Both the position numbers and the translations under genes were made by a program. DNA of 64,000 nucleotides from an uncultured Acidobacteriota bacterium (GTDB lineage Bacteria; Acidobacteriota; Terriglobia; Terriglobales; Acidobacteriaceae). This document shows, in pieces, positions 1 through 9,383 of the stretch. Below the pieces are notes generated by a model. The model saw nothing but the letters and a program-made list of their open reading frames with translations. It made no database searches and was not told the origin of the DNA. Numbering within the stretch: the stretch's first letter is position 1; each line of letters starts with the position of its first letter. The stretch is from NCBI GenBank assembly GCA_963735205.1, contig CAVTKB010000009.1:488942-552941 (forward strand), written 5' to 3'.

Positions 1-1
1 T

Positions 2-424
2 TCAGCGGTGAGGATCGAACTCAAGTTTTACAGTTAAGACTTCATCGCTGGCAGCCGGAGCGTATTTCCACTGCTTGACCGCCTTCATGCTCGACTGCCC
101 GAGAATCGGACTTCCACCCAGCAGCTTCGTACTTTTCACCACGCCGTTGGGCGCGACCTCGACTTCTAGCCGCACCACTCCGCCAATGTACAGTCGCTTC
201 AATGCGTCGGGATATTCAGGCTCGACCCGGGTGACTATCTTTCTGTCAGAGGAGCTTTGATCGGTCGACTGCGCCGCCAAAGGCACTGCCCTGAACAGCA
301 GGGACGCTAGGAACAAGCCGAGCGTGAGCATAAGCCTCAACCGACTCAGTCTGCCCTGATTCAACCTGCACTGCGTCAACCTGAACCGACAAGTCCGACC
401 GTTTACCACTTCGCGTTTCAACAT
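2..424 (-). CDS. TonB C-terminal domain protein (energy transducer TonB family)
   Basis: 140-aa ORF. Hydrophobic anchor MLTLGLFLASLLFRAVPLAA, then 'VEPEYPDALKRLYIGGVVRLEVEVAPNGVV...AVKQWKY', typical of TonB_C. An alternative ATG lies at 331. Confidence 0.7.
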   Translation of the reverse strand: MLKREVVNGRTCRFRLTQCRLNQGRLSRLRLMLTLGLFLASLLFRAVPLAAQSTDQSSSDRKIVTRVEPEYPDALKRLYIGGVVRLEVEVAPNGVVKSTKLLGGSPILGQSSMKAVKQWKYAPAASDEVLTVKLEFDPHR

Positions 425-447
425 TTCTCAAGTCCCTCGCGATCCGG

Positions 448-2238
448 TTACGGCATCTCCAGACTCAACTGGTAAACCTCTTGGGTGCTGCGATCTCGCA
501 CAAGCATCCACGAGCCGTCGGCGGCCCGGCCAATCCACGTGCCAAGCCCGCCTGGGAAGCGGTCAACCGCGCCCAGCACGCACTCGAGCTCGGGTTGACT
601 CTCCCCTACCTTCACTCTGCGAATCGACTCCTCGCCGCTGACCAGATCGTCAAAGTAAATGTACTTGCTGTCGGCCGACCAGATCGGATAGCTCACCGCT
701 CCCGCCGGCTCGACCAGCCAGCTGGTCCATTTCTGGGTTTGAAAATCGAAGAGTTTCAGGTTTGTGTTGTCCGGAGACAGCGCCGCGATATATCGTCCAT
801 CCGGCGACCAGCGCGGGCTGAACAGACCCTGCGATCCAGGAATGGTTTCGAGCTGGTGAGTTTTGAAATCCAGCACTCGAATCGTCATCCCTCGCGCGTC
901 ATTCCTGAAATCTCCAAACATAAGCCGCGAACCGTCTGCCGACCAGTTGGCGTCGATCTGGCCGCCATTCTCGGCGAGAACCGGCTGCGGAGTTCCACCG
1001 CCTGCAGGGACCAGAAACAGCTTCCACGATTCCCCCGGCTGCATGCTGACAAAAGCGATCTGCTTCCCGTCGGGCGACCAAACCGGTAACGCGGCACGTG
1101 CGGGCGCCGAACTCAGTTCCAGACGCTCGCTGCCGTCAGCCCGGCTGCGCCACAACGTGGTATCCGGAACAGACACATACGTAACCCATTTGCCGTCGGG
1201 CGAAAAGGCCATATCCGTCGCCGAAACTCCCGGCAACACCGGAACAAACTTTTTGGTCCCGCGTTCGTACTTTACGACTTCGCCAAACGGCTGAACTCCG
1301 ATCGCCCACATCTTCTTACTGTCCCGGGCCAGCGAACCGTTCCCGAACGACATAGGCCCGTTGGTCAACTGCACCAGCCCCGACATGTCGCTGCCGGCGC
1401 CGGTTGCTGAACCGGACAATGCCCAAAGAGAAGTAAACAAAGTCAGCGTGTGCGGCACAGTCTGCGATGCCTGAAAAACATAGTAGCGGCCGTCAGCCGT
1501 CCAACTGCCGCAGCACGCTGTGGACGCATGCTCCCACTTCGTCAGCAGAGCATGCGGGTTCGAACCGTCCTGCGCAACCTCCCAGAGTTGAGTCGTACTC
1601 TGGGCCACGTCGCTCACCGTGAAACGGATGATTTTGCCGGCAGGCGAAAAGCGAGGCGCAAATACCGATCCACTCGCCGAAAACAATTCGTGCACCGCGG
1701 TCCCGTTCGCGCCGGCAAGATAGAGGACAGATCCTTTGCTGAACACGAGATGCTGTCCGTCGGACGACCACGCCGCGTCGCGTCCCGAAAGATCGCCGAT
1801 TCGCTCCGGAGATCCCTTCGCCACCGGCAGAGTCCAGAATTCATCATCCTTCACTCCGGCCTGAATCGGCGCCACTAGCAGCTTGGTGTGATCGGGCGAA
1901 AGGTCGAGTGCCTGCAGGTTCGAGAACCGGCTCTGAAGCAATGACCGATCCGAGTTGGGCCGATCCGGGTTGGGCAACGATACTCTGGCAATCACGCGGT
2001 TCGCGCCCGGCAGTTCTGTAACATAAAGGTGGGAGTCATCCGCCAGCAAGTTCGTCTTCCGGAATCCGTCGCGGGTGATCTGCGTGATCGACGTCACTCG
2101 AGGCTCTGTCACCGACGCCGCACCCGGTGCACTATTCACCGGCAAAACGCCGGTGACGGCAATCATCCCGATCAGCGTCAAAATGCCGAAAAACAAAGCT
2201 CCCTTAAGAGCCAACACTCTTCCGCTTCCAGTGCTCAT
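448..2238 (-). CDS. PD40/WD40-like beta-propeller repeat protein (TolB-like, periplasmic)
   Basis: 596-aa ORF with an N-terminal membrane anchor and repeated 'SPDG(K/R)xIAFxS' / 'SADGSRLMF' PD40 motifs. Confidence 0.7.
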   Translation of the reverse strand: MSTGSGRVLALKGALFFGILTLIGMIAVTGVLPVNSAPGAASVTEPRVTSITQITRDGFRKTNLLADDSHLYVTELPGANRVIARVSLPNPDRPNSDRSLLQSRFSNLQALDLSPDHTKLLVAPIQAGVKDDEFWTLPVAKGSPERIGDLSGRDAAWSSDGQHLVFSKGSVLYLAGANGTAVHELFSASGSVFAPRFSPAGKIIRFTVSDVAQSTTQLWEVAQDGSNPHALLTKWEHASTACCGSWTADGRYYVFQASQTVPHTLTLFTSLWALSGSATGAGSDMSGLVQLTNGPMSFGNGSLARDSKKMWAIGVQPFGEVVKYERGTKKFVPVLPGVSATDMAFSPDGKWVTYVSVPDTTLWRSRADGSERLELSSAPARAALPVWSPDGKQIAFVSMQPGESWKLFLVPAGGGTPQPVLAENGGQIDANWSADGSRLMFGDFRNDARGMTIRVLDFKTHQLETIPGSQGLFSPRWSPDGRYIAALSPDNTNLKLFDFQTQKWTSWLVEPAGAVSYPIWSADSKYIYFDDLVSGEESIRRVKVGESQPELECVLGAVDRFPGGLGTWIGRAADGSWMLVRDRSTQEVYQLSLEMP

Positions 2239-2438
2239 GAGGAAATACTAGTCAAAAAGACATCCCCCCAATCACGAGAAGATGATCAATTGATTACGGG
2301 GGTAATGTTTCGGGGCAAGGTTTGACCTGTCCCGCTCGGTCGTGCCAATCGGGCTCTCGCCCCGCTTACAACCCGCTCGCCATGCTGTCAAAGGGTTATA
2401 ATCCCTTAAGCCGTGTCGTCGTCCGCGCCGATCAAATC

Positions 2439-2930
2439 ATGACAGACGCAATCAAACGAAAACTGCAGGAAGAAATCAACGCGCTCGAACATGAGCTGAT
2501 CCACGAGCTTCCTAAGGAAATCAAGAAGGCCGCCGCGCTCGGCGACCTCAGCGAGAACGCCGAGTACCACATGGCCAAGCAGCGCCAGGAGTTCGTCAAG
2601 GCGCGCGTCCGCCAGCTCGGCAAGCGCCTCGCCGACCTCTCCATGGTCAACATGAACAACATCCCCCACGACAGGGTGGGCCTTGGTTCCACGGTAAAGA
2701 TCTTCGACAACACCAAGAATCAGGAAATGGAATACAAGATCGTGACCAGCGAAGAGTCCGATGTGGCCGCCGGCAAGATCTCGACGACCAGCCCGATCGG
2801 TCGCGCGCTGCTGAATAAAAAAGTCGGCGACGAAGTAATCGTAGACTCACCCAACGGCAAGCGCGAGCTTGAGATTCTGAGCCTCAGCACCATCCACGAC
2901 GAGATCGCGCCGGAAGAGGCAGGCGCATAA
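2439..2930 (+). CDS. greA: transcription elongation factor GreA
   Basis: From ATG 2439 the protein reads 'MTDAIKRKLQEEINALE...LGDLSENAEYHMAKQRQ...', i.e. the coiled-coil plus C-terminal globular domain of GreA. The longer ORF from 2322 adds a non-GreA leader. Confidence 0.85.
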   Translation: MTDAIKRKLQEEINALEHELIHELPKEIKKAAALGDLSENAEYHMAKQRQEFVKARVRQLGKRLADLSMVNMNNIPHDRVGLGSTVKIFDNTKNQEMEYKIVTSEESDVAAGKISTTSPIGRALLNKKVGDEVIVDSPNGKRELEILSLSTIHDEIAPEEAGA

Positions 2931-3060
2931 TGTCCGTCCGCGGAGACGCGACTACTGGGTGCTCCATTTCTCGCGCGCATTTGGCGCGAGAAGCCTGTCC
3001 TGAGCCTGTCGAATGGGTGGGAACTTTCGCGGGAATCACTGCAGTTTGGGATTTGCCCCA

Positions 3061-3702
3061 ATGAGCGCGAGCTTCACGAAATCCTTCGGCCGCGCCTGCG
3101 GAGTCCTGCTCGATACCATCGTGCGCTGGCTGGCGCTGTCCCGCATCAATCCCAACGTCCTCACCTTCATGGGATTGGTCGTCAACACCTGGGCCGCCAT
3201 TCTGTTCGGCTCCGCCAACGCCGATAACCAGAAACGCATGTTCTTCTACGCCGGCCTGGTCATCTTCTTCTCCGGCTTCTTCGATCTGGTCGACGGTCAG
3301 GTCGCGCGCGCCACCAACCGCGTCACCCGCTTCGGGGGCTTCTTCGACTCCGTTGTCGACCGCTACAGCGACGCCAGCCAATTCCTCGGACTCTTAGTGT
3401 TCTACGCCCGCGGCGGGCGTTTTTTCTATGTGGTACTAGCCGCCTTCGTCATGGTCAGCGCCATCATGGTCAGCTACACACGCGCCCGCGCCGAGTCGCT
3501 CATCCCTTCTTGCCGCGTCGGATTCATGGAGCGTCCCGAACGCCTGGTCCTCGTAATCCTCGGGGCGTTATTCAACCGCATGGCGCCGGTACTGTGGATC
3601 ATCGCAGTGCTCAGCACAATCACCGTAATCCACCGCATGCGCTACACCTGGACTCGAACGCAAGACCCGCCGATTCCCGCCAAAGCCGGCCAAGCCGCGT
3701 AA
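3061..3702 (+). CDS. CDP-alcohol phosphatidyltransferase family protein
   Basis: Signature D(x)2DG(x)2AR(x)8G(x)3D(x)3D is seen as 'FDLVDGQVARATNRVTRFGGFFDSVVDRYSD'. Multiple TM segments. The start could be 3013 or 3061. Confidence 0.75.
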   Translation: MSASFTKSFGRACGVLLDTIVRWLALSRINPNVLTFMGLVVNTWAAILFGSANADNQKRMFFYAGLVIFFSGFFDLVDGQVARATNRVTRFGGFFDSVVDRYSDASQFLGLLVFYARGGRFFYVVLAAFVMVSAIMVSYTRARAESLIPSCRVGFMERPERLVLVILGALFNRMAPVLWIIAVLSTITVIHRMRYTWTRTQDPPIPAKAGQAA

Positions 3703-3730
3703 CCTGTTGCTGTGATCTAAACCCGGTCTT

Positions 3731-3851
3731 TGTCATTCCGAGCGAAGTCGAGGAACCTGCTTACCCCGCCGCCATCCCCTCACTAGAGGTTTGTCATCCT
3801 GAGCGAAGCAAGTGCTCCGCGAAGCGAAGCACTCACGCAGTCGAAGGATCC
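3731..3851. repeat. two copies of the dispersed 'TGTCAT(T/C)C(C/T)GAGCGAAG...GAAGGA(T/C)C' palindromic intergenic repeat
   Basis: 3731-3760 reads 'tgtcattccgagcgaagtcgaggaacctgc'. 3792-3851 reads 'tgtcatcctgagcgaagcaagtgctccgcgaagcgaagcactcacgcagtcgaaggatcc'. The same family recurs at 21333, 33773, 46004, 49914, 57815 and 60092. Confidence 0.8.
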
Positions 3852-3939
3852 CTATAGCGACTATACATTCGCGTCACCCTACCTGCTATCCTATCCGGTC
3901 GCATTGATGATTTTCTGACACGATTCTTAAGGACGCCTC

Positions 3940-4905
3940 TTGCCCACTGATCCCGTTCTCGTCATTCACGGCGGCGCCTGGGCCATGCCCGATGACATGG
4001 TCGACGCCCACCTCCGCGGCGTCTCGAACGCGCTGGCCGCGGGATGGCGCGTGCTCGAGCATGGTGGCACGGCTCTCGACGCCGTCGAGGAAGCCGTCGT
4101 CATCATGGAAGACGACGAGACTTTCGACGCCGGACGCGGCAGCTTCTTGAATCGTGACGGAAAGGTCCAGCTCGACGCCCTCATCATGGACGGCTCGACC
4201 CTCCGTGCCGGCGGCGTGGGCTGCGTCGAGCGCGTGCGCAATCCCGTACGCGCCGCCCGCAAGATTCTCAGCGAGAGCCCACACGTTTATTTCGTCGCCG
4301 AGGGTGCAGAAAAATTCGCCGCCGAACATGGCATCGCGCTTTGCAAGAACGAAGACCTCATCATTCCCCGTGAGATCGAGCGCCTGCGCCAGTACCAAGC
4401 CGCGCAGCGCGACGCGAAGCAGTCGGGATCGAAACCGGACGGCAACGATCTGTTCGCGCCTGCAGATCATGATCCAGCCATTTCGCACGACACCGTCGGC
4501 GCTGTCGCCCTCGACCGCAACGGCAACATCGCCGCCGCCACATCGACCGGAGGTACGCTGAACAAAGCTCCCGGCCGCCTCGGTGATTCCTCTCTGATCG
4601 GCTGCGGCTGCTACGCCAACAACGAGAGCGCGGCGGTTTCCACCACCGGATGGGGCGAGCCCATCATGAAATTAGTGCTGGCCAAGTGGACCGCCGACCG
4701 CATTCAGGCCGGCAACCTGCCCGAGTGGTCCGCACTAGAAGCGATGAACTATCTCAAGCAGCGCCTCAACGGCCACGGCGGAATTATCGTCCTAAATCCC
4801 GAAGGCCACGTCGGCATCGCCCACAACACCCCGCGCATGGCCTGGGCGTATAAGACAGTGAAGAAAGAAGAAGCCGGCATCGAACGGAGTATGCAGCAGG
4901 ATTAG
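3940..4905 (+). CDS. iaaA: isoaspartyl peptidase / L-asparaginase (plant-type asparaginase, Ntn hydrolase)
   Basis: 'VIHGGAW' N-terminus and the autoprocessing/nucleophile motif 'HDTVGAVALD...ATSTGG'. TTG start at 3940. Confidence 0.8.
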   Translation: MPTDPVLVIHGGAWAMPDDMVDAHLRGVSNALAAGWRVLEHGGTALDAVEEAVVIMEDDETFDAGRGSFLNRDGKVQLDALIMDGSTLRAGGVGCVERVRNPVRAARKILSESPHVYFVAEGAEKFAAEHGIALCKNEDLIIPREIERLRQYQAAQRDAKQSGSKPDGNDLFAPADHDPAISHDTVGAVALDRNGNIAAATSTGGTLNKAPGRLGDSSLIGCGCYANNESAAVSTTGWGEPIMKLVLAKWTADRIQAGNLPEWSALEAMNYLKQRLNGHGGIIVLNPEGHVGIAHNTPRMAWAYKTVKKEEAGIERSMQQD

Positions 4906-4908
4906 GAT

Positions 4909-5028
4909 ATGTGGCGCGGGCACTCCTGCCCGCGCGCCGGCAGCAACTCTTCGCTTCGCAAACAAAGTAATTGCTCACCCCAAGCAGTGCGCGAGCTCCT
5001 CGGCAGTTGGCGGACAGGAGTATCCGCC
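4909..5028. repeat. two GC-rich hairpin repeats between convergent genes (candidate bidirectional terminators)
   Basis: 4909-4933 reads 'atgtggcgcgggcactcctgcccgc' (stem gcgcgggca/tgcccgcgc). 5009-5028 reads 'ggcggacaggagtatccgcc'. The first recurs inverted at 50043-50067 (24/25 nt). Confidence 0.5.
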
Positions 5029-5036
5029 CCAAACCT

Positions 5037-5711
5037 TCACAGCCATCCCTTTGTCCGCGCGATTCGCGCCGCTTCGACGCGGTTGCTCACCCCCAGTTTA
5101 CTAATCGCTTCAGAAAGATAATTCCGCACCGTGCCGTCGGACAATCCCAACTCCCCGGCGATGTCGCCGCTGGCCATGCCTTCGCCGGCCAGTCGCAACA
5201 CTTGCCGTTCGCGGTCGGTGAGCGGATCCATTTCTCCCCACGCTTCCGTCGCCAGTTCGGGATGAATCACGCGCAACCCCTGATGCACGCGGCGCACGGC
5301 GTCGGCGAGTTCCTCGGCGCGCATGTCTTTCAGCAGATAGCCGGACGCTCCAGATTCGAGCGCGCGGCGCAAATATCCCGAGCGCGCAAACGTTGTCACG
5401 ATGACCACGCGCGTCCCTGTACGCTGCCGTTTCAATTCCGCGGCCACGTCGAGGCCGCTCATGTGCGGCATTTCAATGTCGGTGATGAAAACGTCAGGCT
5501 TGTGCGTGAGCACGGCTTCGAGCGCTTCTTTGCCGTTGCGCGCTTGCCCTACGACGGAGATGTCACCTTCGATTTCCAGCAGCGCGGCTAGTGCGCCCAA
5601 CACCATCCCCTGATCTTCGGCCAGAACCACGCGGATGGTCTTGCGGCCGTCTTTATCCCGCACGCTCTCTCTGGAGCTCTCTTTACCACTCTCTTTGTAG
5701 GTCGGGTTCAA
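5037..5711 (-). CDS. two-component response regulator, NarL/LuxR family (DesR-like)
   Basis: Receiver domain ('IRVVLAEDQ...DVFITDIEMPHMSGLD') plus a LuxR HTH ('LTDRERQVLRLAGEGMASGDIAGELGLSDGTVRNYLS'). The TTG start overlaps the kinase stop (TTGA). Confidence 0.85.
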   Translation of the reverse strand: MNPTYKESGKESSRESVRDKDGRKTIRVVLAEDQGMVLGALAALLEIEGDISVVGQARNGKEALEAVLTHKPDVFITDIEMPHMSGLDVAAELKRQRTGTRVVIVTTFARSGYLRRALESGASGYLLKDMRAEELADAVRRVHQGLRVIHPELATEAWGEMDPLTDRERQVLRLAGEGMASGDIAGELGLSDGTVRNYLSEAISKLGVSNRVEAARIARTKGWL

Positions 5712-6937
5712 TTGCGGCTGCCTTCGCCCTGGGCGACGACTTCCTTAGTGGGCAGCGTAATCGTGAGTTTAGTTCCAGCTCGCGTTTCGCGCAGCAGAGT
5801 TCCGCCGAGCATTTCCACGCGTTCGCGCATGCCGCGCAATCCGTTGCCTTCGCCGTTCGAGCTGCCGAGGCCGTCGTCCTGAATTTCCAGGCGGCACGAG
5901 CCGTTCTCCTGCTCGAGCCGCATGCGGCAAGTGCGAGCCCGCGCGTGCCGCACTACATTGGTCACGGCTTCGCGCACTGCCAGCGACAGCACACTTTCCT
6001 GCACCGCCGGCAGTTTCACCGTGGTCGCCGCATCGCACTGCACCGTCAACCCGGCGGTCTCGAGCGTCGACTTCGCTTGGGCCAGTTCGGCCACCAGTCC
6101 CTGGGAGCGGTAACCGCGAATCGCATCCCGCACGTCCCCGAGGGCCTGCCGCGAGATCTGCTCGACTTCGCGGATTTCTTTTCCCGCCCGCTCCGGATCG
6201 CGGTCAATCAGTTTGCCCGCGAGTTCAGATTTCAATGTGATCACCGAGAGCGTGTGCCCAAGAACATCATGCAGGTCGCGCGCAATGCGCTCGCGCTCAG
6301 CAACTTTCGCCAGGTTTTCAACCTCTTCGTTCGCGCGGCGCAGCTTCCGGTTCATGCGGTTGCGCTCGGCGAAGAACATGTTTCCGGCGCCGATAAATAT
6401 CGGGAAAAGTGAGGAGAAGAAACGGGTCCAAAGATCGAGGTGCAGCAACCATCCTTCGATCGCGGCGATGCCGCCGATGCCGAACAAGCCGATCACTGCT
6501 GCCGTGTTCGTCTGAACACAAAACGGAAGCATGGACGCGGCAAAAATGAAAAACGTGCACGCGCCGTTATTGATAGGTTGAAACAGAAGGCCCAGCAACA
6601 TCATCCCGCCGATGTGGACCCAAGCCTTGGGGTTCTCGATCGCGAACAATCCGAAATAGAGAACCAGAAAAACCGCGCCGCCCGTCAGGTCGAGCAGCCA
6701 TATTCTGAGACTTTCGTGAGCGGCCACGGGCTGAATAAAAAAGAAGCCCAGATACACCACCCAGAACAAAGGGCTCCATCCGTGATCTTTATCGCTGAAG
6801 ATCGCGCGCCAGGGCTTCAGCTTCAGTGGACTCCCAGTTGCGCACGTTGTGTCACGATCGAAGTTCATCGCCGGCATACGTCTATTGTCGCCCCTCTGGT
6901 CAATTCCGTCCCCGTCGCCAGGCCGATCCAGTTCCAT
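5708..6937 (-). CDS. sensor histidine kinase, HisKA_3 / DesK-like
   Basis: N-terminal polytopic membrane region, H-box 'ERERIARDLHDVLGHTLSVI', and a HATPase_c tail ('GNGLRGMRERVEMLGGTL'). The start is uncertain; in-frame ATGs also lie at 6877 and 6868. Confidence 0.8.
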   Translation of the reverse strand: MELDRPGDGDGIDQRGDNRRMPAMNFDRDTTCATGSPLKLKPWRAIFSDKDHGWSPLFWVVYLGFFFIQPVAAHESLRIWLLDLTGGAVFLVLYFGLFAIENPKAWVHIGGMMLLGLLFQPINNGACTFFIFAASMLPFCVQTNTAAVIGLFGIGGIAAIEGWLLHLDLWTRFFSSLFPIFIGAGNMFFAERNRMNRKLRRANEEVENLAKVAERERIARDLHDVLGHTLSVITLKSELAGKLIDRDPERAGKEIREVEQISRQALGDVRDAIRGYRSQGLVAELAQAKSTLETAGLTVQCDAATTVKLPAVQESVLSLAVREAVTNVVRHARARTCRMRLEQENGSCRLEIQDDGLGSSNGEGNGLRGMRERVEMLGGTLLRETRAGTKLTITLPTKEVVAQGEGSRN

Positions 6938-7055
6938 ACCACACCAGCATCGCCGCAGGAATCAAGGCCACGAGCCATTTTTCTCCGCCAAACATGGCGA
7001 CCAGACCGAAACCGATCAGAAGCACTGTCCCGCCGATTGATTTTCCTGTGGTCAT
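6900..7055 (-). CDS. small (51 aa) two-TM membrane protein
   Basis: ATG 7055 is preceded by GAGGA 8 nt upstream. The protein 'MTTGKSIGGTVLLIGFGLVAMFGGEKWLVALIPAAMLVWYG' sits between the ABC-2 permease and the kinase. Confidence 0.4.
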   Translation of the reverse strand: MTTGKSIGGTVLLIGFGLVAMFGGEKWLVALIPAAMLVWYGTGSAWRRGRN

Positions 7056-7116
7056 CTTCTTGTCCTCGACTTTCTGAATCGATGCTGGCCTAGCACGCAC
7101 TCAACGGCTGCCTAGC

Positions 7117-7938
7117 TCAGCCGTAGAGTTTTCCTTTGTCGCGCTGGAACCCGATGCGAGCCACGCCGAAGCAGATCATGGTGAAGGCCGCCAGCAGTTC
7201 CCAGTGCGCGGCATTCGACTCATGGCGTCCTGCTCCCACAATTCCGAGCGCCAACTGCGCCAGGTGATAAGGCGGCATCACGATCGCAAGCTGCTGCACA
7301 ATTTTTGGCAGGAACATGATCGGGACCCACAACCCGCTGCAGAAAGACATCGGCAAATAAATCAGGTTGATGGTCGAGGGCGCGGAGTTCGGCCCGGTGA
7401 AATATCCCAGCGCGAGTCCCATCGCCGAGAACGGCAGCGAGCCGGCGACCAACGTTCCCAGTAGCAGCCCAAACTGGCCGACCGGCATGCGCACATTGCC
7501 GAAGGCGAAGCCAAGCGCAAACAGCGCCAGGACGATGGTCGCGCTGAAAATCATGCTGGTTACCACCTTCGCCGTGAAATATGCGAACGGAGGCATGGGG
7601 CTGGCGCGCTTCACCTGCAGCCACCCCAGGCCGCGGTCTGAGGCCAGGCCCGACGCGGTTCCAAACAACGATGCGCCCATGACACCGAACGTCCCGTAGG
7701 TCGCGATCGCGTACGCGGATCCCGACGTACCTGCAATCGCCTGGCGCCCGTACAGCACCAGCCCGAACAACACGTAGAACATGATCGGGAAGCTCAGTAC
7801 CGACATGGTGTACATGCGCAGCCGCAGGTTCTTCAGAAATTCGTATTTCGCTTCCTTCAGATAAATCATCGCCGTGTGCCTCGGCGAACGGCGAATTTGC
7901 GGGCGGCTCAGGGCCAGGCTTGCGGTGGTTGTCGTCAT
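7117..7938 (-). CDS. ABC-2 type transporter permease
   Basis: 273 aa with about 6 TM segments. Placed directly downstream of the ABC ATPase, in a typical ABC-2 arrangement. Confidence 0.8.
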   Translation of the reverse strand: MTTTTASLALSRPQIRRSPRHTAMIYLKEAKYEFLKNLRLRMYTMSVLSFPIMFYVLFGLVLYGRQAIAGTSGSAYAIATYGTFGVMGASLFGTASGLASDRGLGWLQVKRASPMPPFAYFTAKVVTSMIFSATIVLALFALGFAFGNVRMPVGQFGLLLGTLVAGSLPFSAMGLALGYFTGPNSAPSTINLIYLPMSFCSGLWVPIMFLPKIVQQLAIVMPPYHLAQLALGIVGAGRHESNAAHWELLAAFTMICFGVARIGFQRDKGKLYG

Positions 7939-7997
7939 GCTGTCTTCTCCTTGTGTTCGCAGATTCGTTCGCGCATTCGCCCGCGGCTTCGCTTTAC

Positions 7998-8951
7998 TCA
8001 GTTGGATCTGGCAACTTCATTCGGCGTGTCGCGGGTCAGTTCCAGAAATGCTTCTTCCAATCCTGCGCTGCTGACTTCAAGGCTCGAGAGTCCGGCGTCC
8101 CGCGTCAGCAACTCGCGGACAATCGACTCCGCCTCGACCGCATGAATCTCAACCGCTTCGCGATCTTCTTTCACTTCGGTCACACCAGGAATCTGGCGGA
8201 GCGCGGTCAAGCCAAGGCTGGTGATGCAGCGAATCCGCTTGCCCGCAGTTTTCGCTTTGATCTCCGCCGGAGTTCCCTGGGCAATGATCTCTCCCTTATT
8301 AATCACCGCGACGCGGTCGGCCAGCGCGTCGGCCTCCTGCAGGTAATGGGTCGTGAGCAGCACCGTTTTACCGCGCGTGACCATCCGGCGAATTTCATCC
8401 CACAGCATCCGCCGTGCTTCCACGTCGAGCCCTACAGTAGGCTCGTCGAGAAACACCAGATCGGGATCGCCGCAAATTGCCAAGGCAAACAGCACGCGCT
8501 GCCTCTGCCCGCCCGAGAGATCGCCGAACTTGCGATCGCGCAATTTCTCGAGACCCGCGGCGGCCAGCACTTCCGCAAACGCCATCGGTTTCTCGTAATA
8601 ACTGGAGAACAGGTCAATATGCTCGCGAACGCGCAACGTTTCCGGAACTCGGCCCACCTGCAACATGGCGCCCGTCCTCATCCGGTTTTCAGGATTCGTC
8701 GGGTCGCCCCCAAAAACGCGCGCTCGTCCCGTGTTCGGCTGCAGCAGTCCCAGCAGGAGTTTGACTGCAGTAGTTTTGCCTGCTCCGTTCGGACCGAGCA
8801 AGGCAACTACCTCTCCGGCATGCACCCGAAAGTCGACGCCGCGCAGCGCCCGCACGCTGCCGTAGTTCATATTCACGCCTTCGAGGCTGGCGACCGCCAG
8901 GCTCAGATTCGCGATTTCCAGATTCCGTGGCTGCTCCAGAGTTGCGATCAT
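7998..8951 (-). CDS. ABC transporter ATP-binding protein
   Basis: Walker A 'GPNGAGKTT', signature 'LSGGQRQRV', Walker B 'LVFLDEPT'. Confidence 0.9.
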   Translation of the reverse strand: MIATLEQPRNLEIANLSLAVASLEGVNMNYGSVRALRGVDFRVHAGEVVALLGPNGAGKTTAVKLLLGLLQPNTGRARVFGGDPTNPENRMRTGAMLQVGRVPETLRVREHIDLFSSYYEKPMAFAEVLAAAGLEKLRDRKFGDLSGGQRQRVLFALAICGDPDLVFLDEPTVGLDVEARRMLWDEIRRMVTRGKTVLLTTHYLQEADALADRVAVINKGEIIAQGTPAEIKAKTAGKRIRCITSLGLTALRQIPGVTEVKEDREAVEIHAVEAESIVRELLTRDAGLSSLEVSSAGLEEAFLELTRDTPNEVARSN

Positions 8952-9196
8952 CTTTCAGTCCTCCCAGCCCGTTTGGCGCTTCATCTAGAATCCATTCCGT
9001 TGCTGCTGCGGTGAATCACCATCAACGATTGCATCCTCGCGGAAATAGAAAGAGCGCACCAGTGCCATCCATCACGCGGTGGGCGTGACAAATGTCACCC
9101 TATGAAAATGTTGCTGGGGACGCTTAGGCCTGCGAAAAACCCTACTCCGGGAGTGGATGCAGCGGGATACGGGGAAATCCTGATTTCCCTTACAAG

Positions 9197-9218
9197 CTTG
9201 TTACGAATTCCGAACAAG
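9197..9218 (+). promoter_or_regulatory. near-palindromic box copy 1 (candidate operator)
   Basis: 'cttgttacgaattccgaacaag'. Imperfect inverted repeat centred on GAATTC, about 200 nt upstream of the XRE regulator start. Confidence 0.5.
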
Positions 9219-9312
9219 CACAGGAAATCCACAGCGCGAGAGTGCTCACTCGATTCGCACAACAGAATTCCACACAGCCTCGATCATGCGCGTCTGACAA
9301 GGGTGCTCGCGT

Positions 9313-9331
9313 GTTCGGATTTCGTAACAAG
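9313..9331 (-). promoter_or_regulatory. near-palindromic box copy 2 (inverted orientation)
   Basis: 'gttcggatttcgtaacaag'. Its reverse complement, cttgttacgaaatccgaac, matches copy 1 at 18/19 nt. Confidence 0.5.
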
Positions 9332-9383
9332 ACTCGCGCCCTTAAATTTTCACACATGTCTTTCACACTTTGCCCTTGCCCTT

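Noticed and set aside
5591-6412. 273-aa + strand ORF
   Set aside because: Antisense to the histidine kinase, with no motifs. A GC-rich shadow ORF.
7920-9014. 364-aa ORF on the + strand
   Set aside because: It lies entirely antisense to the well-supported ABC ATPase gene. The product is Arg/Ala/Gln-rich and low-complexity, typical of shadow ORFs in GC-rich DNA.
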